A stretch of 64,000 nt of DNA, from contig JASANG010004128.1 of the NCBI GenBank assembly GCA_030248215.1, forward strand, positions 310,001-374,000, in the 5' to 3' direction. Every line of letters starts with the position of its first letter. Position 1 is the stretch's first letter. Below, one piece after another: positions 40,601-53,080 of the stretch. The notes beneath the pieces are model-generated. The model saw only the letters and a program-made list of their open reading frames with translations. It was not told the origin of the DNA and searched no databases. Made by a program: the position numbers and the translations under genes. This DNA is from Enoplolaimus lenunculus. Its lineage: Eukaryota.

Positions 40601-43600
40601 GCTTGACAAATCTAGAATGCATTGATATTATATAATACTTACTTTCTTCTCACCATTTAAACTAGAATTTTAAGTACTAGAAAGTATAATCAAAACAAAT
40701 AAATTCGTTACGTACGTTGTGTGTGTGCTGTAACATTTTTATATAACACACTTAATTAAGCTGAACAAATCCAGAAAAATATTCACTAACAAGACAGTCA
40801 GAACTCCTATTGAGTGATGTTGCAAATCAAAAGTGGGCAAAATATTGTCCAAGCTGCTAAGGTTGCGGGTAAGATCCGGAATAGCTTTCCGACAACATTC
40901 AGCCAACTGAGCATAATGTCCTGAAAAAATTACACATATTTCGGATATAGGTATTATATAAACGGATTTTCGAACAGCCATTTAATAGAACAATCAGTGC
41001 CGAGGCTACGTCTTGCGCGCGATCCCCCCGCCCTCCACAACAGAGCCTGCGCGGCCTTCACAAAATTCTATGAGGTCCTCAAAGATTCATTCAGGCCCTA
41101 TTTGATCCACCCGGACCTCTTGCTATCCGCTGAAACACAGAGTTGTGCACATAGGATCTATTGAAGGGAAAACAATCAAATTAAAACCCCATTCTATCAG
41201 CGAAGCCCTATCCACAACTTAGAACTGAGAGCGAACCCAATATGCGGCAGCGGAAGTGGCGATGAAATATTGGTCAAGCGGGTGATCGAACCCAGGCCTC
41301 CCGTTTCAAACACAGACATGCTACCCACAACACCATTGGCCCATGATACAAGGCCAATTTCCCTACCATTGTTTTTTGTGTGAAATAGGAGTTTCCACCC
41401 ACTTTTTTCAAAATTGCCCAGCGAAATTTATCAAAACCAACCAGAAACACCACCAAGACTTCCAAGTGATTTAACAGAAAGGAATTTTACTGAATACTGA
41501 AACTTAAACCAGCGTCAAAATCAAACAAATACGTAATATTTTTGCTACTTGGTTGTGTTGAGTGCTTGGATGCTGTTGTCATCACCATTTTGCTATACGT
41601 TTAATAATTCTCAGTTTGTTCGTACGCGGTTAGTAGATAGTGGTATGCGGAAAAGGGCCTTATTTTAAAACATTCATTTCATATATAATTAAGAGTAAGT
41701 CTTGGCTCTACCGGAAAGTAACCTGCATGTTTTCAACATATAGATACTAATTCAAAAAGACAATTCCAAGTACTAAGCTAACAACAGCTTATATAGACCA
41801 TTATTTCACTTTTAACAGCAGTTATGACTCGTCCCAGTGTCTACATTTTATATGTATTTTTCTAAACTTGTTGAGCGAAGCTCGGAGTTTCACGAAGCGT
41901 TTTATGTTTTGTACTTGGGGGTCGAAAGGTGGATGTCCGTCCGTCCGTCTGTCCGAAAAGAATCTCAAGAACGGCTGAACCGATTTTGATAAACTTTTTT
42001 TGTTTGAAAGCCAATTATCCTGGGGTGTTAACGTCGCATTGGGGTTTTAAAATTTTAAGCCGTTTATTAGCTACAGGCTAATTTGCATAATTAAGTCTAA
42101 ATTAGGACTTTCCACAGTATTTCACTAATTATTACAGTTATAGAAGCAATCTAATTTAAGCATTAAACGGTTTTTGTGTGCGATGAATCTGCGTAGATTG
42201 TTTACAAACCTCCAAAACCGATAACTGAGCAGTTAGCTAATAGATAATTTGCATATTAGCATAGTTTATAAGCCTAAATTAGGACTTTTCACAATATTTC
42301 ACTAATTATTAAGGTTAAAAGCTATATAATTTCAGCACTAAAGGGTTTTTAGGTGCGAGGAATTTGAATAAATAGTTTAAAAACATCCAAAACCGATAAT
42401 TGAATAGTTAGCTAATAGCTAATTTGCATATTAGGTTAATTGACAAGACAAAACTAGGACTTTCTAATTTATTTCAATAATTATTAGGGTCTACTGAAGG
42501 TTTTTGGGTGCGAGGAATCGGAATAAATTGTTTACAAACCTCCAAAACCGACAAATGAATAGTTAGTTAATAACTAATTTGCATATTACATTAATTGCTA
42601 CGTGTTTTTGAGCTTCGCTCAATAAATGTAGTCCCACTACGACTGGTATTCAAATATAGCGTCCGATGCATGTTATCAGAAACGTTGTTCAGCTAATCAT
42701 TAAACAAGATCTGAATCCATGTTCCTACTATGACTGACATGGGGGCTACCTACTCCGTGGAAAGATCAAAGAACCTAAGAGGCTAGCTAGATGACGCAGC
42801 GGTAGAGCGTATAAGCATGTCTGACATGCTTGTCCTGGTGTATATGCAATATATACAATGCACATTGTATAGTACGCTTGCCGGCAGCATGCGGTCGATT
42901 CGACGATAGAAGCAGTGGTAGAGTCGGGTTACGTGGAGCAGTGGTAATAGCGTCTGCCTGACACGTAGAAGGTCGCTAGTTCGAAACTACCCGTAACCCG
43001 CTTTTATAGCTACTTAGTTAAAAGGTCTGAAATCCCGGTTCCAACCTTGACTAACAGAGCGGTAGCTTAAGGATCCGTAGGCTGTGAGCGGTCCCCGACT
43101 CTGATCCCTAACGGCAATGACAATACCGGGTAATGACATATCCGTTACTTAAACAGTTTCATTAAAGGAATTAACTCAAGAGAAAAAACGGGTTTCTGGA
43201 CTTTATTTTTCTTTTGTTTTCAACTTAGAGAGTTATTTTGGTTCAACGTCGTTCGTTGGAACTTAACGTACTCAGGTATCCGTAAGTTACGTGTATTTCG
43301 TATACTTATTTGTTCGTATTATTACAAGTATTACTTGTTATTAAACCCTAACCTGAGTTACGTTCATCATTAGCGAGTTTAACGGGCTTCAGTGTATAAA
43401 ATCGGAGATCGAATAAACTCGATCATTCCTCTAGCAATCCTATTGTTCTAAACCCATGTCTACTAATATCTCCCTAGTTTACATAGGCTAAGAGTTCGAG
43501 CCACCAATACATTCGTGCTTTTCCACTGTTTAATAGTTTAGATCAAAAGTACCCGACCGTGCAAGTGGAGCGAAGGTCTCCGTTTTAGATGTGGCTCTAA

Positions 43601-43924
43601 TTTCGGTTTTAAGTTTAGTTTTGGTTTTTATAACTGAAATTCTACAGTGGGGTGCTTCCTACAAGGCTGTTGTAAAAACAAAATTACAACATATCGCATG
43701 TGGTACTAAATGAATATGATTAAGTTTAACTTTTTTAGGAACATGTACTTACATATTAGGCTCAGGCAACCCAGCTCCGTTATTTTTATTACGCATATAT
43801 ACGGTTGAAACCAGCAAACAGTACATAATTTTTTACAAAAAACATTGCATACACATGCTTAATATTGTTTACCTTCCGATGACAACTTCTGAACCGTGTT
43901 TACAAATTGCTGTATTACTGCCAT
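34678..43924 (-). CDS. COPS3: COP9 signalosome subunit 3, 14 exons, 425 aa (with one copy of the duplicated exon 6)
   Basis: Exons 43924-43873, 40920-40791, 40611-40499, 39292-39243, 39017-38925, 38606-38532 (or 38410-38336), 38044-37937, 37322-37182, 36822-36721, 36337-36266, 35884-35798, 35477-35364, 35192-35103, 34728-34678. All introns are GT-AG. Motifs: [83 protein letters not shown]. Confidence 0.95.
38244..38635. repeat. 196-bp tandem duplication containing COPS3 exon 6
   Basis: Units 38244-38439 and 38440-38635. I count 4 substitutions, all intronic; the 75-nt exon copies are identical. Confidence 0.93.
41271..41342 (-). pseudogene. tRNA-like SINE head (TTG loop triplet), COPS3 intron 1
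   Basis: A box tggtgttgtgg, B box gggttcgatc, paired anticodon-like stem TCTGT/ACGGG, degenerate T stem. Confidence 0.5.
41868..42648 (+). mobile_element. Same DINE-1/HINE-like family, full copy (COPS3 intron 1)
   Basis: ttgagcgaagctcg...gtccgtccgtccgtctgtccg...gagcttcgctcaataaatgtagtcccactacgactggt; highly similar to 8861-9643. Confidence 0.8.
42927..42999 (+). pseudogene. tRNA-Val-like sequence (GAC triplet); pseudogene or repeat head, COPS3 intron 1
   Basis: GGTTACG TG GAGCAGTGGTAATAGC G TCTGC CTGACAC GTAGA AGGTC GCTAG TTCGAAA CTACC CGTAACC C followed by TTTT. Acceptor and anticodon stems pair, the T stem has one mismatch and the D stem is unpaired. Confidence 0.6.
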
Positions 43925-45307
43925 CAAGATAGTACTGATCCTAAACAAAACGGAGTCATATACCCAATATGAACTGAATTTTTTATCTACAAATCTTAAA
44001 TTCCACTAGCTAACTGTTTACAATCAATAAAAGTTTTATCGTGCGAAAGAAAACTGAATGTTACAAGTGCGTTTATCCCACACCAAACATATAAGTATGT
44101 AATGTCAAAAATGCGAAAGTTTCAAAAAATGATGAAACCATCTATAGATTGTGAATAAGCATTAAAACGCAAACCTCAAGTGTAGCTGGAGTACACCATG
44201 ATCAACACAAAAACCTTTCGGTCCTTGTAGAACTGCAGCCAGGATTTTCAGTAGGTAGAAATCTTGACTACTAGGAGTTGCATACAAGGTTAAGTTTTGA
44301 AAAGTTCGCACTCGGAGGATTGAGAAAGCTTGGCATAATTTAATGTAGTGTCCCAACAAAAAAATTTAACACTATGGGAGTTCCGAAATGCGATTCTAAC
44401 GATAGATCCCCCATGCAGCATTGTTGGACGTAAGTTTAGCACAATGTCGTTGCAACGGACGCAGAAACCCGTGGTTACAAGCAGTGTTCACATTTGTCAT
44501 CTAGGAAAGTCGAAACATGTTTAGTGTGTACAATTTAATTTGGCGTCAATACGAATATGTTGCACGTCTAAGTTTTGCACACAAAAATTTTTCGGTCCCA
44601 AGCGGGGGATCCTTGCACCTTTAAAATGTAATTTTTAAAAAATTCCAATTTGAACGTAGAATATTAGGGAGGTCGTAAGAAGCTCAAATATGCCAAAAAA
44701 TTTCAAAATCCAAACATTTTTGGGCAATTGCGTGCTGGAGGAATTACGGAAAGGACCCGGTACTCTAAGCAGGTGTTGGCATTATGACTTTTTGTCTGAG
44801 GTAACGGTATAAAGATTGACTTTTAAAAGCAAGACAAGTTATTTGACCGAGTCAAATGCATGGACACCGCGCTAGACAGCCAAAACATAAACAGTCAAAA
44901 GGATAACATTTGTTTCATGGTTTGTGCGTACTTTTTAGATTGCAAGAGCGTGTACAACTCTCGATTTCCTAAAGGTGACACAAGCGAATTTTTGTTGACT
45001 AAAACCCGTGCAAGGTCTGTGCATTTTTACAAACAGCTCTGACTAAGCGCACCTTGGACACATTTTTATACTGCTACGTTTTCATTCATGCAAAGTCCAC
45101 ATTAAAACTGCGGCAGCGTGGGACATGCTTTATCCAATGTTGATTCTACATCAACTATAAAACTGATCTACAATACATAATGTAAACAGACAACATTTGA
45201 ATATCATTCCACACTGGTGTACAAACAAACTTTAGCCAATGTTACTTTAAAGGCCGTCCCATTTTCCCGGGACAGCAATGTACCAGGAGTACATTCCAAA
45301 AATATAA

Positions 45308-45905
45308 TTGGGACAGTTGGGACAGATGAGACAGTGGGACAGATGGGACGGTTGGCACAGCTGGGTCAGCTGGGACAGTTGGGACAGATGGGACACTTGG
45401 GACAGTTGGGACAGATGGGACAGTTGGGACAGTTGGGACAGATGGGACAGTTGGGACACTTGGGAGACTTGGGACAGATGGGAGAGATGGGACAGAATGG
45501 GACAGTTGGGACAGATGGCACAGCGGGATAGATGGGACAGATGGAACAGTTGGGACAGATGGGACACTTGGGACACTTGGGACAGATGGGACAGTTGGGA
45601 CGGATGGGACAGTTGACAGTTGGGACGGATGGGACAGTTGGGACAGATGGGACAGATAGGACAGTTGGGACGCTTGGGACAGATGGGACAGATGGGATAG
45701 TTGGTACAGATGGGACAGTTGGGACAGATGGGACAGCGGGACAGATGGGAAAGTTGGGACAGATGGTACAGTTGGGACACTTGGGACAGATGGGACGGTT
45801 GGGACAGATGGGACACTTGGGACACTTGGGAACGATGGGACAGTTGGGACAGTTGGGACAGATGAGACAATTGGGACAGATGGGTCAGTTGGGACAGTTG
45901 GGTTG
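45308..45905 (+). repeat. G-rich 9-bp minisatellite (TGGGACAGT/TGGGACAGA/TGGGACACT)n, ~65 units
   Basis: Directly visible. It runs into a degenerate (ttttgggcgcagcgttttt/ttgggaaattgggat) repeat at 45905-46400 and 47150-47315. Confidence 0.95.
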
Positions 45906-48026
45906 GGCGCAGCGTTTTTTGCTCGGGATATTGGAAAATTGTGATTTTGGGAAATTGGGATATAACCCGGGAAATTTGGATTTTAGGCGCAGCGTTTTTT
46001 GCTCGGGATTTTGAGAAATTGGGATTTTGAGAAATTCGATATTATTCGTGAAATTGAGATTTTGGGCGCCGCGGTTTTCCCTCGGGATTTTGGCAAATTG
46101 GGATTTTGAAAAATTTGGATATAAAACCAGAAAAATTTGGATTTTGGGCGCAGCGTTTTTTGTTCGGGATTTTGGGATATAGGGATATCACCAGGGAAAT
46201 TGGGATTTTGGGCGCAGCCTTTTCGCTCGGGATTTTGGGAAGTTGGAAGTTTGGGAAATTGGAATATTACACGGTATATTGCGACTTTGGGCAAGCGTTT
46301 TTCGCTCGGGATTTTGGAAATTGGGATTCTGAGAAGTTAGGATATAACCCGAGAAATTGGGGTTTTGGGCGAAGCCTTTTTCGCTCGGCATATTTAGGAA
46401 TTTGAAACAATAAAATTTTGGTAACTCCTCTCTTAACGGATCAGGTGAAATTGTCCTTTTGTACTATTTAACACATGTTTGCCGTAATTTCATTTTACGT
46501 TGCTTATATAATTTAAATGATACGTTGAGTTTTCCCTTTGAAAAATTAGGTTACCCTTCGAAAATTAAATCCCGGCAACACCCCTTTTCGGAATGCACTA
46601 TTTGTGGTATTATAATTTTGAGAATACACAATAGCTGTGTTTAATATAATTTCAATATATACGTAAATTGCCTAGTCGGGGGTTGGAGGGGCATACCTTT
46701 GTGATCACAATAAAAACAACTTCACGAGATAAAACCTTCCATCCTCCACAGAGACTCCTTTTTAAATTACGTTCTCTGGGGCTGTCGCTGCCCTGGACCC
46801 CTCGCAGTTTTAAGGGACCCTAAGCAGGATGGGGGGCTACCGCCCCCCCAAACCCACCGCACTAAGCGGCTCTCACGATTAAGCTGCACAGACACAGTCA
46901 AAAAATTTTGCTCAAACAATGAATTGCTTTGCGTTGGGGATTGGGGTCGACAGCCCCTTGAAAACGCAATTAAAGACAATGTTTTTATGTGAGCAAGTTT
47001 CTCAAGTGCGGGAAAAGCAACTGTGCCAATTTGGCTTCAAAGGGCCAAAGGCTTCTGGCATCCGTCGGTCTATGGTTCCGTCAAGCCTACGCTCAAACCT
47101 ACGTATACACCTTAACTTTTCCCAGAATATTTGGATTTCACAACGAAAATTGGCAGATGACGCGTGATACTGCTATTTTGGGAAATTGGGGTAATACTCG
47201 GGAAATTAGGATTTTGGGAAATTGGGATATTATCCGGGATATTGCGATTTTGGGAAACTGGGATATTACCGGCAAAATTAGAACTTTGGGAAATTGGGAT
47301 ATTACCCGGGAAATAGGGAGGGACCTGTTCTATACATGGGCCAACGTAACGATATATCATCCTGTAAAAAAGCGGATTGTACAACACCAATGCAAACCTT
47401 GCAGAACGGAAGCGCATAAATTTGTTCATTTTTAAATACCATAGACGACGAAATGGTAAATTTAAAGGTTGCACACCAACAAAAACTGCTTTGTACACCT
47501 GGTAGCGGATAAGAATGTATTTGAGGTTCTGTTTCCGGCTTATTCTCACGCTTTAGTCTAATTTGTGCGAAGGCTTTAAGACTTATCCTTATTTTGGGTT
47601 AGATTTAGTTTTACACTTGCTATTTGTGTTCATGCTTAGGCTTTAGCCTGTGGTTAAAGATAAGATTATATTTGTCATATTACTGGTAAGTCCCTAAAAC
47701 GTAACATTGGTCGTGTTTCCCAACACATTGAGTAGGGACGATTTTTATATAACGTTTTGGTTCTATACAGCGAATTTATATTACTTTTGAGAATAAGTAT
47801 AGGTAAGAATTTACAAATTTAGCTGAAATATTCACTTTAACATTGTAATATAATCATAACATAATTTCATTAAAAAACCGCGAAGGAATACAGATTCACC
47901 GCTCGAGGGCGGTGACAAAAGTCCAGCGCCGCGCGGAAACTGCATTTTGCAAATAATGACAATTTAATGTCATATTGCCAAATAGGTTGTACAAATGCAC
48001 CAAGTATTATATTTAGAAAACAAATT

Positions 48027-48821
48027 TTACACCTTATGCATATCAGTATACTTTTTACAAAAGCGTCTTTTATCGTACATGCGATAATTGTTACAAATAA
48101 ATGTTGGCAGTGTTTTACGAATATCTTGCAGCTGATATGAGCTTACGCCGTTGACAACAATCCAAGGAACGTAGTCTTTTTTTACAGGCCAAACGTTCCG
48201 CGTTTTTCGACCCATTCGCATTGTCAAATCTTTGCCTTCTTGCCCGTTTTTACACCTGAGTATATTTTGTTGGTTCGTCGATGAAATATATTCTTGTTGA
48301 AAGCACAAATCCTGCGAATATTGAGCAGGTCGACGCCGGCTTAACTGGTACATCATACATCGAATAAATGGAAACCAAACAGACCGATCTGGTTCGTATC
48401 TCATCACACACGCGTGTAACCGAATTTGTTCGCATTCTTCCGGTCCATGAAAGCAAGTTATTGTGGTTTCACCAGTAACCGGATCTTTACGTTCTTGAGC
48501 ATTTCCGTACGGTATTAGGTCAAGGTCAACAATTTGACGAAGATTTCTCCAAACTTCAGGGTAAAGTATATCGTTGAAGAACGCCTGACAATATGGACAC
48601 TTTGGATCGTAGAGGATTTGCAGTTTCATTCGAACGCTTGATGTTGCATTAACATGGTCACATTGCTGTGTAACGCGACAAAGTTGAGCAATTTCTGGAG
48701 AGTCACACCACATCCCGGGAGGTACATTACAATTGGTCGGCTTCTGAGAGGATGCGAAATGTAGCAAAGAAGATAATATTGGAAAACCAATTTTAAGGCT
48801 AATTAATAATTGAGTTAGCAT
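48027..48821 (-). CDS. GILT/IFI30-like lysosomal thiol reductase with N-terminal saposin A-type module, single exon, 264 aa
   Basis: Signal peptide; SapA-like CNVPPGMWCDSPEIAQLCRVTQQC; active-site CPYC; LIPYGNA; signature-like CFHGPEECEQIRLHAC; YVPWIVVNG. Confidence 0.9.
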   Translation of the reverse strand: MLTQLLISLKIGFPILSSLLHFASSQKPTNCNVPPGMWCDSPEIAQLCRVTQQCDHVNATSSVRMKLQILYDPKCPYCQAFFNDILYPEVWRNLRQIVDLDLIPYGNAQERKDPVTGETTITCFHGPEECEQIRLHACVMRYEPDRSVWFPFIRCMMYQLSRRRPAQYSQDLCFQQEYISSTNQQNILRCKNGQEGKDLTMRMGRKTRNVWPVKKDYVPWIVVNGVSSYQLQDIRKTLPTFICNNYRMYDKRRFCKKYTDMHKV

Positions 48822-48940
48822 TTTATATCACAATTTCGAATTAATAGAGTATTGACTAATAACTTAACTTTATATTTACACTTTGTATGGAAATATCGTT
48901 AGATATGCAATAGATGGGACTTTTCCGTTATCTTCACCAG

Positions 48941-49499
48941 CCGCTTTTGCCCAAACGTGGTTTGAATTTGAAAATTGTTGCATATTTGAGCTTCTCATGA
49001 CCTCCTCAGATCGGTCCACTCCTAAATTTTAATTTTTGAAAAATTCAAATTTTCAAGGTCCCAAGGTCCCACTGTCTTGGGACCCAATTTAACAAATTAT
49101 ATATCATTATATGCAGCTTGCAGAGCTGAGTTGAATGGTATTAAATTTTTCGGAATTAGACTATTGCTTAACGAATTATGATCAAACAACTGATTTAGCG
49201 CCGTCCATAATCGTTTGTATTGTGCCAAATCAATTATCTGACAATAACTCGTAAACAAATCGTCTGATAAAGAAAAATCTGACACCATTCCACTCAGCAC
49301 TGTAAGCTACATATAATGATATATAATTTGTTAAACTTTTGGACAAAATTTTTGGGTTCCAAAACAGTGGGACCTTGGGACCTTGAAAAATTGAATTTTT
49401 TAAAAATTAAAATTTAGGCGCGGACCGATCAGGGCAGGTCATGAGAAGGTAAAATATGTAAAAACTTTTCAAAATCAAACCATATTTGAGCAAACGCGG
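48941..49499. mobile_element. MITE with ~150-bp inverted arms just upstream of the GILT-like gene (relatives at ~29990-30370 and 44585-44730)
   Basis: ccgcttttgcccaaac...aaggtcccaaggtcccactg versus cagtgggaccttgggacctt...tttgagcaaacgcgg. Confidence 0.7.
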
Positions 49500-51037
49500 G
49501 CTAAAAAGATAACAAAAAAGACAACAACTAGAGTACACACCGTGCACACTAGCATGTACCCGGCACGCGTTGCGTTTGTTAGCCTTACTCGTCAATTTTG
49601 GTGGCGCGTTAGGCACAGAAACGCAGTTAGTAGGAATTGTGATACTGTGCATGCTGCCAAAATACTACCTATTATATAATACTTAGCTATAAGTGGTCAT
49701 ATTTCTTTCAAGTTTATGGATATATTCTCCGTCCACATTATGACACAAGGTGGTTCATGGCAGCAACATAAATTACGCTGAGATGAAGTGCAAACAGCTT
49801 TCAGTTGCATACTATTCTCTATAAAAGTCGTCATCGACTCTTGGATAAACTAGTACTGTGGCGAGCGCAAATACTCAGTCTTTGATTTGAAATAAACACC
49901 AAGGTGCAACCAGATATTGGTTTTCGTTTCTGCTACAAATACACACTGAGCCAAGACAAATTTTATGAAATCGCTTAATTATTTATTCAGTAGTGGCCAA
50001 ATCGCATACTCGATGGATACATGCCTTTGGCAAAACCTAAGTTTGATCTGGTAATTCCAGTGCAGTTTTGGTTGCGTAATTTGTTTGTTTGCCACGATCA
50101 ACAAAATAAAATTTGATCGGTTTAAGTTTAGTATAATTTTATTAAACATACAACAACGTTTGAAAGCACATTAAATCTAAAATTTTGTAAAGGGTAACAC
50201 TAAAAATTGAAAATTTATTTAAACAAGAATCCCTTGTAGGCATAAAGTCTAAACAGGTCGATGTTTTACTGACGCGTTTAGCGTACAGTGGTAGAACAAC
50301 TTGTATAAAAAATACACACTTTTTTCGTTTTATAGTACGTAAAAACTAAAGTGTAAAGAGCAACAGCAAAAATACTTCAAAAAACCTAAAATTTAATAAG
50401 TAAATGACGAAAAACGCTGCGCTTCAAAAACGTATAAACTTGTTCCAAAATGTGTAAAAAACCATAATACCTGCACCATCGTTAAAAAATGCCAGCTCGA
50501 ACGGTTTAGTTAATAGTTGGGGCTATTTTTAGGATTGCCACAGAAGTTTTACATAACAAACGTTGTTTAGTTAGCCGTTCATCGCAATGCTTAATGGTGA
50601 ACAGTTTAAAATGTTGTAATATTGCTTGTCTGTAAAGAAAAAACTTGTAGATCTGTTACATTTTTTCTAGTCAGCTACAATTTTATGGTCAAAGATGTGA
50701 GTAAAACGTGCAAAACGAACCCAGTGTAGGCAGAAGTGCCCCCCAAGCCCTCCAATTTTGGTGGCCGACTGATACATGGGCCCATCTTGGCAAACTAAAA
50801 TTTTTTCGCAGACCACAAAGTTAAAAAGCTGTGAAACATTTAATTGAGAGCCTCCAAGGACCTGTCTGAATTACCGACCATCCTAATACCGGCCATGAAA
50901 GAACCAATCAGCAGAAAAAACCAAATGTTGAATTATATGATTACATTGTCTTCTGAGTTAAGCTACTTTGAACATTGAATGATTCACTTGCAGCTTTACT
51001 CTTGGCTTTATGTAGTGATGACAGTCTTTCAAACGCT

Positions 51038-51445
51038 TGTTGAGCGAAGCGACACTCCGAGCGAAGCTCGAAGTTTCGCGCAGCGTTTTATACTTTGCGT
51101 TCGGTGGTCGAAAGGTGGATGTCCGTGCGTCCGTAGCTGGTCCGTTCGTCCATCCCTCCGCCCAAAAATATCTTAGGAACCGCTGAGCAATTTTGACAAA
51201 CATTTTTCGTTTGAAAGCCAGTCATCTTGGAGTGTTAACCTCGCATTGGTGTTTCACTATTTTAAGCTGTTAATTAGCTACAGGCTAATTTGAATAATTT
51301 GTGAAGCCTAAATTGGGACTTTTTAAGATATTTCACTAATTATTACGGTTACAAGTAATGTAATTTGAGTACTAAAGGGTTTTTGTGTGCAATGAATGTA
51401 AATAAAATGTTTGTAAGCCTCCAGAAACAATAAATAAATAGTTTT
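51038..51445 (+). mobile_element. Truncated DINE-1/HINE-like copy (another fragment at ~13355-13560, minus strand)
   Basis: 5' subTIR, gtccg microsatellite and core are present; the 3' end is missing. Confidence 0.7.
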
Positions 51446-53080
51446 CCACTTAGGCTTAAAAACAGGCTTACCCTTTTCTCTCCGCATTTTGTGTAGATAG
51501 CTGAGGTAAGTTTGAAGTAACTTATTTTTTCGCCAGCGTTTACTGGTTTCACTGCACCTGGTGTGGTACTTGCTAAAACCTGTGCTACACCGGTGAGTAT
51601 TGAGGGCCTGGTGTCACACAATACCTATACTTAATTTTTTACTTTTTTAAATGAAGCAATAAAATGTTTTTCACCAAAACACGGAATATTTATATTTTAA
51701 AACGTGGTTATACATGTTAAAGTAGAGTACTTTTGTGAGTTATGTCAGTTTCCTGTACCGTCTATTGTAGTAATCACAGATAGGAGTGAGGCATATGGGA
51801 ACCCACGAAAACCATATCCTATTTGCTCCACAAAATATCATATGCATAAACGAACAATATTTGCTGAATTTTGTAGTTTTGCGTTATTCCATAACAGCCG
51901 TAATGGAATTTTGTTATTTTTGCATAACAAAGTATAAAATGCCGGAAACAAGATTAAAGCCTAATCCTAAGCGAAGCAAAAAAATTGTCTAAAGCATGAG
52001 CTTTAGTCTATTCTAGTCCCACAGAAAAACGTTCCGCCCCTGATCTTTATATGGTGCAGAACAACGAATGTATCATGCACAAATTTAAAAAATGTCATTT
52101 GTGAAAATACAATCGAAAAAATCATAAATTTCCGCCTAGTTTTTCTAAATTGAAACAAAACTAATCTTTCTCTTTATTCTATCAAGCATGCAAGATGCAA
52201 ATGTTGTTAGCTGGTTTGGTTTCAGCTGTTTTTTTAGCAAATCAAGGCAATTTTTGTTAACGATTGTACCAAAAACAAAGCGCGTTAAATAAATAAAGTT
52301 TGTAAAATTCTACAAAATTTTACTACCGAAATTGCCGGACCTCCGGCAGAAATTCTACCGGAGCCGGCGCCAGGGGCCTCCCTCCGGGTGTACTCTACAA
52401 GCACGTGAATGTAACTTAACATGAATTGAAGGCATAAACAGGCACTGATTGATCTGTAGCTGAACCTGAAGCAATTATGCCACCACAACGAACCTATTTT
52501 TGGTACCCATAAGTTTTGGGGAAGTGCCCGCATTTCATCCAAACTCAAATTTTTCAGGCGCAATTCACAGAAATTAACGGACTTTTTACAACAAAGTTCT
52601 CAGAGCCGACAATTTTGGTATATACTCTTGAATCTGAATGAATAGGAACAATTAACTTTTTAATATTGGGATTCTTAAGAGAATCTCACGCATATTGTGA
52701 GTTCCGAAAACGCATTCATTACACGTGTAATGAATGAAAACACGTTTACAATTATTTTGCGCAGTTTTTGGGTTTGACCGAAATTAATGTGCAGTCATAC
52801 GTCCGCGAACAGTTAAGTTTTTAACACATTTTATTAATATTTCGTGCACCTATGCAAGAAATCACAGAAATCTAGGAATGTTATACTGATTTAACACAAT
52901 GTATCGCAGCCTACTGCGTAAAAGGACAACTTTGGTTTTTGTAAATGTTATTCAGGATTCACCTTAAAATTGAGAAAACGAATTTAAACCTATATTTTTT
53001 GATTGAATTTGCTGTTTTAATTTTTTCTATCAAGAGATTAATGGCTGTTATAACACAAAATACGCTACGCGCAGCTTTTT

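Noticed and set aside
45217..46014. Collagen-like Gly-X-Y ORFs (GQMGQL..) and WDR/SHL repeat ORFs
   Set aside because: By-products of a stop-free 9-bp minisatellite that is open in several frames on both strands; no Pro, no signal peptide and no splice context.
49548..49573. Helitron-like 3' end (gcaacgcgtgccgggtacatgCTAG|T on the minus strand)
   Set aside because: Only a short motif; no 5' TC end or second copy in the window to support it.
51537..51594. Plus-strand exon-like segment (cgccag|...ccg|gtgagt)
   Set aside because: No recognisable product or partner exons; the upstream gtaagt would give an intron of only ~31 nt.
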